Both the position numbers and the translations under genes were made by a program. This document shows positions 56,421-64,000 of a stretch of 64,000 bases of DNA, piece by piece. The notes under the pieces are model-generated. The model saw only the letters and a list, made by a program, of their open reading frames with translations, searched no databases and had not been told where the DNA came from. Every line of letters starts with the position of its first letter. Within the stretch, counting starts at the first letter, position 1. Origin of the DNA: Gemmatimonadales bacterium (GTDB taxonomy: Bacteria > Gemmatimonadota > Gemmatimonadetes > Gemmatimonadales > GWC2-71-9); the NCBI GenBank assembly GCA_041577295.1, contig JBFGJG010000007.1, positions 1 to 64,000 of the forward strand. Direction: 5' to 3'.

Positions 56421-57290
56421 ATGGCGTCTCGATCCGAAAAGCGTGCCTGGCTCGTCGAGCGACTCCAGAATGGCGAACCGCTCATTGCGGCGGAGCTCCG
56501 CCCGCCGCCGATGGGGCTGTCGCATGCGCAGAGCATGGACGTCTGGATCGATATGTACCACACTGTCCGGCGTCTCACGAATCGCGGTGCGGTGATCTTC
56601 GTGACGGATAATGCCGTCGGAGAGTCGGAGGAGGAGAATCTCAACCACCTCGCGGCGAATCTCGCAGGAGAGGTGGATCCCGCTCTGGTGGTGCCGTTCC
56701 TCACCTGCAAGCACTCGTTGGAGTACTGCCTGATGTACGCGGCCCGCGCTGCGTCGAATGACTTTGAAGCCCTGACCGTCCTGGGCGGCGACCGGACCGT
56801 GGGTCCGCCTCGTTGTGTTGCCAACGCGTTTCAGCTGCGGCAGATGATTCGACAACGCATTCCGGCGCTCAAGCTGGGTGGATGGGCGAACCCGCACCGG
56901 GAGGCTCGGGAGCAGGTCGAGTTCCTCCTGCGACCTAGCTTCACCGGCGAGTTCTATCTGACGCAGATCGTGTCCCACCACGACCTCCATCGTGTCGAGG
57001 AGTTCCTCGAGGAGGCACGCAAGCGCGAGGTACCGCATCCGGGCGTGTTTGGCGTGTTCCTGTATCGCAGCGCAAACCCGCTCACACTCGAGCGCCTGGG
57101 GCGGTTCTTCCCCGTGCCCGCTGCGGCGTTGACGCGGGAGTTCGAGGTGGGGGCGTCACCGGAAGAGATCTGTGCGCGTAGCATTCGCGCGCTGCGTGAC
57201 CTCGGCGTGGATAAGGTCTACGTGAGCAACCTCGGGGTACAGGGGGCCGATCACCGTTACCGGAAGATCCTGGACGCTCTCGATGATTGA
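56421..57290 (+). CDS. Divergent methylenetetrahydrofolate reductase-like protein
   Basis: AELRPP, VTDN, FLTCK, VLGGD, ANP and FYLTQ correspond to MetF barrel motifs. Confidence 0.7.
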   Translation: MASRSEKRAWLVERLQNGEPLIAAELRPPPMGLSHAQSMDVWIDMYHTVRRLTNRGAVIFVTDNAVGESEEENLNHLAANLAGEVDPALVVPFLTCKHSLEYCLMYAARAASNDFEALTVLGGDRTVGPPRCVANAFQLRQMIRQRIPALKLGGWANPHREAREQVEFLLRPSFTGEFYLTQIVSHHDLHRVEEFLEEARKREVPHPGVFGVFLYRSANPLTLERLGRFFPVPAAALTREFEVGASPEEICARSIRALRDLGVDKVYVSNLGVQGADHRYRKILDALDD

Positions 57291-57299
57291 GCTGAATCG

Positions 57300-59141
57300 T
57301 CAGCCCTGAAGCACCGCGAGCGCGACATCGATCCGGCCATTCGGGGCGCTGACCTGCACCCCCTGTACTTTGCCGCGCAGTGCGTCGAGCGTCTCGCGAG
57401 CGATCTGTATTCCTTCCGCCACTGCCGCATCTTCCCCCCGCGTGTCGGCCTGACGCATTCGGTCGAGTAACTGATCCGGCACGTGGATTCCGGGTACTTC
57501 ATTCGCCAGATACTCGGCATTGCGCAGTGAGAGGAGGGGCCAGATCCCGACGACGATCGGGATCTTCGCTTTGCCAGCCCGATCGAAGAACCGGTCGAAT
57601 TGCGTAGGATCGAACACCGGCTGCGTCACCGCGAACTCCGCGCCTGCCTCGACCTTCCAGGCGAAACGACTGACCTCGCGCTCCGTATCCGATGCCCCCG
57701 GTCTGACCTCCACACCCGTGACGTATCGCGTCGGGTCGCCGATGCGGTTCCCGCCGGGATCGAGTCCCCGATTGAGCAACGCCACGATGTTCGTGAGCCC
57801 GATACTATCGATGTCGAAGACCGCCGTGGCATCTGGATATGGATCGGTCTTTGGCGGGTCCCCGGTGACGAGCACGAGGTTCCGCACGCCCGCCGCGGCG
57901 GCGCCGAGCAGGTCGCTGATCATCCCGTGCATGTTCTTGTCACGACACGAGTAGTGCACGATCGTCTCGAGACCAACGTCTCGAGAAACGATGATCGACG
58001 ACGGAATCGCGCCCATGCGACCGGACGCCCGTGGACCGTCGAGCAGGTGCACGGCGTCTACACCGGACACCTTCAAGTTGAGGCACTGCTCGATGAGTTG
58101 TGTGGGGATCCAGCCTTTGGGTGGTACGATCTCGACCACCGTGACGAACGTCCCGTTAGCCAACTTGCGTCCCCACGGTGAACGGTCCGCTAGCGGCACC
58201 GCATCGACCCCTTTTTCCTCGTCGACGCCTGAGGGCCGACGCACGATCTTGGCGCTGCGCGGTGGCTGCGAGCTGGCCACGAGATCACGAATCGTGCGAA
58301 TATGTTCCGGCGTCGTCCCGCAGCACCCACCGACGAAGCGAGCCCCCGCGGCGATCATTCGGCGGGCATAATTGGCCATGTATTCTGGACTTGCCAAATA
58401 GATCTTGCGATCGCCAACCGCCTTTGGTAAACCGGCATTGGGTTGTGCCGCAAACGGTCGGGCGCTCAGATGGTGTACCCGCTCGAGCGCATCGAGCATG
58501 GCCGCCGGTCCAACCGAGCAGTTGAAGCCAATGACCTCCGGGTTCCAGGTATCAATTTGCTCCACGAGGTCTTCCACCGCCGTCCCGTACGAGGTGTTGC
58601 CGTCCGGCCCAATGGTCATCTGGGCGAAGATTGGTAGCTGGCACAACCGACGCACCGCATCGAACGCCGCATGCAGCTCCTCCAGATCGCTGAACGTTTC
58701 GAGAATGAATCCATCGACGCCTCCCGCCAACAGCCCCTCCGCCTGGCGTCGGAAAAACTCCTGTGCCTCGAACCGGCCTGTGGGACCGAACGGTTCGATG
58801 CGGACACCCAGCGGACCCATGGCACCTATCACGGCGGTGCGTCCGTTGGCCGCATCGTTGGCGAGGCGGGCCGCCGCCTTGTTGATCTCCTCGGTTTCAT
58901 CGGCCAGGCCGAAACTCGACAGCTTGACCGGGTTGGCCCCGAACGTGTTGGTCTCCACGATCTCAGCGCCCGCCCGTACGTACGCTTCGTGGACTTCTTT
59001 GACGAGTGTGGGGTGCGTGAGGTTGAGTTCGTCGTAGCACACGTTCACGAATACGCCCTTCGCGTAGAGCATCGTGCCCATGGCGCCGTCCAAAACGTGC
59101 ACCCGCCCGTCACCCAGCAGCTCACGCAGCCGATCGCTCAT
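57300..59141 (-). CDS. yitJ: Bifunctional homocysteine S-methyltransferase / methylenetetrahydrofolate reductase
   Basis: [26 protein letters not shown] followed by [25 protein letters not shown]. Confidence 0.92.
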   Translation of the reverse strand: MSDRLRELLGDGRVHVLDGAMGTMLYAKGVFVNVCYDELNLTHPTLVKEVHEAYVRAGAEIVETNTFGANPVKLSSFGLADETEEINKAAARLANDAANGRTAVIGAMGPLGVRIEPFGPTGRFEAQEFFRRQAEGLLAGGVDGFILETFSDLEELHAAFDAVRRLCQLPIFAQMTIGPDGNTSYGTAVEDLVEQIDTWNPEVIGFNCSVGPAAMLDALERVHHLSARPFAAQPNAGLPKAVGDRKIYLASPEYMANYARRMIAAGARFVGGCCGTTPEHIRTIRDLVASSQPPRSAKIVRRPSGVDEEKGVDAVPLADRSPWGRKLANGTFVTVVEIVPPKGWIPTQLIEQCLNLKVSGVDAVHLLDGPRASGRMGAIPSSIIVSRDVGLETIVHYSCRDKNMHGMISDLLGAAAAGVRNLVLVTGDPPKTDPYPDATAVFDIDSIGLTNIVALLNRGLDPGGNRIGDPTRYVTGVEVRPGASDTEREVSRFAWKVEAGAEFAVTQPVFDPTQFDRFFDRAGKAKIPIVVGIWPLLSLRNAEYLANEVPGIHVPDQLLDRMRQADTRGEDAAVAEGIQIARETLDALRGKVQGVQVSAPNGRIDVALAVLQG

Positions 59142-62100
59142 GCCGTTACCGTGGATCGATCACGCTCGTAGGCCAGGTTCGGCGCCAGCCACTGCTCGGC
59201 CTCCGCGACATCCATCCCCTTCCGAGCTGCGTAGCTCTCCACTTGGTCGCGGTTGATCCTGCCCACGCCGAAGTACAGCGCCTCGGGGTGGCCGAGCAAC
59301 CAGCCGCTGACGGACGCAGCGGGTAGCATCGCAAAGCTGTCCGTCAGCACGACCCCGGTGTGCCGTGTCGCGTCCAGCAGATCGAACAGTGTTCGCTTTT
59401 CTGTGTGATCCGGACAGGCAGGGTACCCAGGTGCAGGCCGGATCCCAGTGTACCGTTCTTTGATCAATTGCTCGTTCGTGAGTGCTTCGTGCGACGCATA
59501 ACCCCACAGCTCGCGGCGCACGCGTTGGTGCAAACGCTCCGCAAACGCTTCGGCCAAGCGATCGGCCAGTGCCTTGACGAGAATACTGTTGTAGTCGTCG
59601 TGATCGGCCTCGAACGCCTCGCACAACTCTTTCACGCCGATCCCGGCAGTTACGGTGAACGCGCCGATATAGTCGAGCACGCCACCATCGCGTGGTGCGA
59701 CGAAGTCGCTGAGACACAGGTTGGGCCGGCCGGGTGGCTTTGCCATTTGCTGCCGAAGATTTCGCATCACCGCGATGATTTCTTTTCGAGTCTCATCGCC
59801 GTAGACCTCGATGTCATCGTCCACGGCATTGGCCGGGAACAACCCGGTCACCCCACGTGCCGTAATGGTCTGCTCACGAACGATACGGTCGAGCAGCTGA
59901 CGTGCATCGTCGAAAAGTGCGCGAGCCTGCTTCCCTTGTTTGGGGTCATCGAGAATGGCTGGATAGCTGCCGCGCAGCTCCCACGCTTGAAAGAAGGGTG
60001 TCCAATCGATGTACTCGACCAGCTCGGTCAGGGAGTAGTTCTCGAGCGGTGTGATGCCAAGGCGCGCTGGCCGGTGCGGCCGGTACCCGTCCCACGCGAT
60101 GGGATAGCGCCGGCGGCGGGCTTCCTCGAGAGGAAGCATGCGCTGTCGTGCTTGCCGGCCAGCATGGCGCTCCCGAAGCGTTTCGTACTCCGCAGCGACA
60201 TCTCGGAGAAATCCCTCGCGCTTCTCGTCGTTCAAGAGGTTACCAACGACCGTGACGCTACGCGACGCGTCGACGACGTGGACGACTGGTCCGGGATACT
60301 CGTTATCGATCTTCACCGCAGTATGCGTGCGCGATGTGGTGGCGCCACCGATGAGGAGCGGAACGTCGAAGCCCTCACGTTTCATCTCGTGGGCTACGTG
60401 CACCATTTCATCGAGCGACGGGGTGATGAGCCCGCTGAGCCCAATGATCTGTGCCTGTTCCCGTCGTGCCGTCTCGAGGATCTTCGCAGCCGGTACCATC
60501 ACGCCGAGATCGACGACCTCGTAGTTGTTACAGCCCAGCACCACCCCGACGATGTTCTTACCGATATCGTGGACGTCTCCCTTGACGGTCGCGAGGACCA
60601 CCTTGCCCTTGGGCTTTCCCGCAACTCCGCGCTCTTCCTGTTCCCGCTCGATGAACGGAATGAGGTATGCTACCGCCTTCTTCATAACCCGGGCACTCTT
60701 CACCACCTGTGGGAGAAACATCTTGCCGCTTCCAAAGAGATCGCCCACGACGTTCATCCCGTCCATCAACGGTCCTTCGATGATCTCGATTGGTCGCTCG
60801 TACTTTTGCCGTGCCTCTTCGGTGTCCTCCTCGATAAAATCGAGGATTCCTTCGACCAACGCGTGCTCGAGGCGCTTTTCAACCGGCTGGCCGCGCCACT
60901 CGAGATCTTGTTTCTTGGTCGCTCGTGTGCCCTCTAACGAGCTGGCGAGCGCCATGAGTCGGTCGGTCGCTTCGGGGTGGCGATTGAACAGGAGGTCCTC
61001 GACCGCGTTTCGCAGATCCTCCGGGATGTCGTCGTAGACGGCCAGAGCGCCCGCGTTCACGATTCCCATGTCCATGCCGGCCTGGATGGCGTGATACAGG
61101 AACGCCGAGTGCATCGCTTCTCGCACCGTGTTGTTGCCGCGAAACGAGAACGAGATGTTGCTCACACCACCACTGATATGCGTCAACGGCATCGCTGCTT
61201 TGATGCGGCGACAGGCTTCGATGAACGCCATGGCGTACTCGTTGTGTTCTTCGATCCCGGTACCGATGGCAAAGATGTTCGGATCGAAGATGATATCCTG
61301 GGGCGGAAAGCCGACCCGCTGGGTGAGGATCTCATAGGCCCGGCGGGCAATGCTGACCTTGCGCTCCACGGTGTCGGCTTGGCCTTGTTCGTCGAAGGCC
61401 ATCACGATGACGGCGGCTCCGTAAACGCGAACCCGCTCGGCCTGCTCGATGAATGCCTGCTCACCTTCCTTGAGACTGATGGAGTTGACCACGCCCTTTC
61501 CCTGAACGCATTTGAGGCCGGCCTCGATCACTTCCCACTTGGAGGAGTCGATCACGATGGGCACACGGGTGATATCGGGCTCCGCGGCCACGAGATTCAG
61601 AAACGTGGTCATGGCCGCCTTGGAGTCGAGGAGTCCTTCATCCATGTTGACGTCGATCATCTGTGCGCCGTTGGCTACCTGCTCGCGCGCAACCTCGAGT
61701 GCCGTCTCGTAGTCGTTCTCACGGATGAGCTTGGCAAAGCGCGCCGACCCTGTGACGTTGGTGCGCTCACCAATGTTGACGAAGCGGACCTCGGGTCTTA
61801 GCACCAAAGGTTCCAGGCCACTGAGGCGCAGGTATGGCTCGATCGTCGGGATCTGGCGAGGTGGCAAGCCGTCGATGACGGCCGCAATGGCCGCGATATG
61901 TTCCGGCGTCGTGCCGCAGCACCCTCCGATGACATTCACGAATCCACTCTCGGCGAACTCGCGGAGAATTGCTGCCATCTCCTCCGGGGTCTGATCGTAC
62001 TGACCGAACTCGTTGGGCAAACCCGCGTTGGGGTGACAACTCACGAAGGTGTTTGCCACCTGGGACAGCTCGTCGATGTACGGCCGCAAGTCTTTCGCAC

Positions 62101-62878
62101 CGAGCGCACAATTGAGCCCCACCGTCAACGGCTCAGCGTGACTGACGGAAAGCCAGAACGCTTCGGTGGTTTGGCCAGAAAGGGTCCGTCCGCTCGCGTC
62201 GGTTATCGTTCCCGACACCATGATCGGGACATCGATCTGCCGCTGCATCAGCAACCGCTGGATCGCAAAGAGCGCCGCTTTCGAGTTGAGCGTGTCAAAC
62301 ACCGTCTCCACCATGAGGAGATCCACACCACCATCGAGGAGCGCCTGCGCTTGCTGGTCATACGCAGCAGCCAGCTCGTCAAACGTGATGTTACGAAAGC
62401 CCGGGTTGTTCACGTCCGGTGAGATGGAACACGTCCGGTTGGTGGGTCCCAGCACGCCTGCGACAAAACGCGGTTTCTCCGGCGTCGCTGCTGTCACCTC
62501 GTCCGCGACACGGCGGGCGGCCCGCGCCGCCGCAAGGTTGATGTCGCGGACCGCTTCCTCCAAGCGGTAGTCGGCCTGAGAAACCGACGTTGCATTGAAG
62601 GTGTTGGTCTCGAGGATATCTGCTCCCGCTTGCAGATAGGCGCGGTGGATGGCTTCGATGACGTCTGGACGGGTTAGCGACAGGACGTCATTGTCGCCCT
62701 TGAGGGGCGCGGGATGATCCGCGAACCGGTCACCGCGAAAGTCCTCCTCGGTGAGGTCGTACGTCTGGATCATCGTACCCATGGCACCGTCGAGCAGGAG
62801 AATGCGCTCCGTCAGGAGACGGCGCAGGGTCGTCGTGCGCTCGGTGCGCGATTCCAGCAGTGCGTGATTATCCGACAC
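59138..62878 (-). CDS. metH: Cobalamin-dependent methionine synthase
   Basis: [37 protein letters not shown] (B12 motif), [12 protein letters not shown]. Start probably GTG 62878 after GGGAG. Confidence 0.97.
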   Translation of the reverse strand: MSDNHALLESRTERTTTLRRLLTERILLLDGAMGTMIQTYDLTEEDFRGDRFADHPAPLKGDNDVLSLTRPDVIEAIHRAYLQAGADILETNTFNATSVSQADYRLEEAVRDINLAAARAARRVADEVTAATPEKPRFVAGVLGPTNRTCSISPDVNNPGFRNITFDELAAAYDQQAQALLDGGVDLLMVETVFDTLNSKAALFAIQRLLMQRQIDVPIMVSGTITDASGRTLSGQTTEAFWLSVSHAEPLTVGLNCALGAKDLRPYIDELSQVANTFVSCHPNAGLPNEFGQYDQTPEEMAAILREFAESGFVNVIGGCCGTTPEHIAAIAAVIDGLPPRQIPTIEPYLRLSGLEPLVLRPEVRFVNIGERTNVTGSARFAKLIRENDYETALEVAREQVANGAQMIDVNMDEGLLDSKAAMTTFLNLVAAEPDITRVPIVIDSSKWEVIEAGLKCVQGKGVVNSISLKEGEQAFIEQAERVRVYGAAVIVMAFDEQGQADTVERKVSIARRAYEILTQRVGFPPQDIIFDPNIFAIGTGIEEHNEYAMAFIEACRRIKAAMPLTHISGGVSNISFSFRGNNTVREAMHSAFLYHAIQAGMDMGIVNAGALAVYDDIPEDLRNAVEDLLFNRHPEATDRLMALASSLEGTRATKKQDLEWRGQPVEKRLEHALVEGILDFIEEDTEEARQKYERPIEIIEGPLMDGMNVVGDLFGSGKMFLPQVVKSARVMKKAVAYLIPFIEREQEERGVAGKPKGKVVLATVKGDVHDIGKNIVGVVLGCNNYEVVDLGVMVPAAKILETARREQAQIIGLSGLITPSLDEMVHVAHEMKREGFDVPLLIGGATTSRTHTAVKIDNEYPGPVVHVVDASRSVTVVGNLLNDEKREGFLRDVAAEYETLRERHAGRQARQRMLPLEEARRRRYPIAWDGYRPHRPARLGITPLENYSLTELVEYIDWTPFFQAWELRGSYPAILDDPKQGKQARALFDDARQLLDRIVREQTITARGVTGLFPANAVDDDIEVYGDETRKEIIAVMRNLRQQMAKPPGRPNLCLSDFVAPRDGGVLDYIGAFTVTAGIGVKELCEAFEADHDDYNSILVKALADRLAEAFAERLHQRVRRELWGYASHEALTNEQLIKERYTGIRPAPGYPACPDHTEKRTLFDLLDATRHTGVVLTDSFAMLPAASVSGWLLGHPEALYFGVGRINRDQVESYAARKGMDVAEAEQWLAPNLAYERDRSTVTA

Positions 62879-62900
62879 TTCCGACTCCCACATTCCGAAC

Positions 62901-62937
62901 AAAAATGCCCCGCCGCTGAAAGCACGCCGGGACGGGC
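62901..62937 (-). terminator. Terminator-like hairpin in the metH leader (riboswitch expression platform)
   Basis: Minus strand GCCCGUCCCGGCGUGCU-UUC-AGCGGCGGGGC followed by AUUUUU; imperfect stem. Confidence 0.55.
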
Positions 62938-62988
62938 TTTTTAGCGACTTGTTTTACGTGGCCGCAATACGCCGCAAATCACCACGGA
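62935..62988 (-). ncRNA. SAM-II (SAM-alpha)-type riboswitch aptamer
   Basis: Minus strand UCCGUGGU-GAUUUGCGGCGUAUUGCG-GCCACG-UAAAACAAGUC-GCUAAAAAG. P1 is CGUGGU/GCCACG; conserved GAUUU, UUGC and GCUAAA present; lies upstream of metH. Confidence 0.85.
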
Positions 62989-63090
62989 TTCAGTTGTTGT
63001 TGCTGGAACTTAATGGTCGTGCGCGACGCCCGCTAGCCGGGGGTCAGGCGGACCGTTCCACGTGGTCGCTCAGCGCAATCTTTGTACCAT

Positions 63091-63369
63091 CTATGGCCCA
63101 TCGTGCCCTACACCAAGGAGCTCGAGCACGTTGGCGATCTCCAGGCTGTCGATCTCGATCAGCTTGCGGTGCGAGGCGCGTCCCGACCGCAAATGGATGT
63201 GCGATGCGGGGATGCGTAGCGTGTCGGCGAGATGTCGCAGCAACTCCGCATTGGCCGCGCCATCGATCGGGGGTGAGGCCAGGCGAATCTTCACCGCGTC
63301 GCCGTACCAACCCACAACCTCGGTCCGCTTGGCGCGAGGCTGCACGTGAATGGCGAGTGTCGCTGGCAT
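63091..63369 (-). CDS. yggU: DUF167 (UPF0235) protein
   Basis: HVQPRAKR, PPIDGAANAEL, GRASHRK. Confidence 0.92.
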   Translation of the reverse strand: MPATLAIHVQPRAKRTEVVGWYGDAVKIRLASPPIDGAANAELLRHLADTLRIPASHIHLRSGRASHRKLIEIDSLEIANVLELLGVGHDGP

Positions 63370-63409
63370 CAGTGACCGCTGGTTACGAAGGGATTGGGGA
63401 GTGCTACGT

Positions 63410-63973
63410 TCAAAGCCTCATGAACATCCCCAGCAACACCTGAACGGCGAACCATGCCACAATCGGGGTGATATCGATAGTCCCAAGTCGCGGGACAATC
63501 TTGCTGAGTGGCTCGATTATCCAGTCCGTTAGAGGGTAGGTCCAACCAGTCCATCGGTGATAACGATCAAGTCCAAACCATGATCCGATAACGCGGATTA
63601 CCAGCGCGAGCAAGACGAGCTGTCCCACCAAGTACACCACCAGCTGGAACACCTCGAACGGACCCCGAGCGCTGGCCGCGGAGAATCGATAGAGCTGCTG
63701 CACGATCCACTCCGAGACGCTCACGATCACGATGCCCCCAACGAGGGCAATACCCAGCAGCCACCAGCCGGAGTTTTGTGGATTCGCTCCGCGCCTGAGC
63801 AGCCATTCCTCGAGCCGCCCAAGGATCGGGTCACCGATACGACGAATCGCCCGCGCGGACCGACTACTCGGACTGATCCGTCGAGTCCGGACCGCCCAGT
63901 TCCCCAGGGCCACCGCAGCACTGAAGGCGAACCCGGCGAACACTAAGCCGCGTATGAACTCGAGAACGGGCAC
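63410..63973 (-). CDS. yggT: YggT-family membrane protein
   Basis: Two YGGT repeats (IGDPIL; LTDWIIEPL...IDITPIVA); adjacent to yggU. Confidence 0.88.
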   Translation of the reverse strand: MPVLEFIRGLVFAGFAFSAAVALGNWAVRTRRISPSSRSARAIRRIGDPILGRLEEWLLRRGANPQNSGWWLLGIALVGGIVIVSVSEWIVQQLYRFSAASARGPFEVFQLVVYLVGQLVLLALVIRVIGSWFGLDRYHRWTGWTYPLTDWIIEPLSKIVPRLGTIDITPIVAWFAVQVLLGMFMRL

Positions 63974-64000
63974 TAGTGGGACCGTGAGCAGTAAGCGGTG

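Noticed and set aside
59360..61801. Long plus-strand ORFs (525 aa and 274 aa) opposite metH
   Set aside because: Codon-register antisense shadows of a highly conserved gene; no independent evidence.
58300..61935. Near-identical ~35-nt stretch in yitJ and metH
   Set aside because: Both encode the conserved [11 protein letters not shown] motif; ordinary paralogy.
1..64000. tRNA, rRNA, CRISPR arrays, transposases, integrases, phage or defence genes
   Set aside because: None recognised by eye; nearly all sequence is accounted for by protein genes.

Overview
GC-rich (roughly 60-65%), densely coding bacterial chromosomal segment. Gene content and order resemble Gemmatimonadota, but this is inference and was not checked. 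I found no rRNA, tRNA, CRISPR array, transposase or integrase. Main blocks: (1) a 4-hydroxybenzoyl-CoA-reductase-like molybdoenzyme operon headed by yggX; (2) dipeptidase, DinB, Kelch and MBL genes; (3) a long minus-strand run of ArnT-like GT, asnB, HD protein, cardiolipin synthase, ECF sigma/anti-sigma, TolC/MacAB-like efflux and thrB; (4) polX-nth repair genes; (5) a complete ECF transporter and two HEAT paralogs; (6) M42 peptidase/OPT transporter; (7) ctaG-cbiX and four minor pilins; (8) an RDD-SpoIIM/DUF4129/DUF4350/MoxR/DUF58 cluster followed by NfeD-flotillin; (9) a methionine block (metH, yitJ-like, stand-alone MTHFR-like) under a SAM-II-like riboswitch. Most notable observations: Glu-to-Gln at the catalytic position of the molybdoenzyme; a SAM-II aptamer followed by a terminator-like hairpin; stop-codon heptamer tracts bracketing an orphan metalloprotease gene; a ~300-nt structured intergenic candidate ncRNA; and an MBL whose HxHxDH motif lacks the Asp. 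All calls come from motif recognition by eye, with no database searches.
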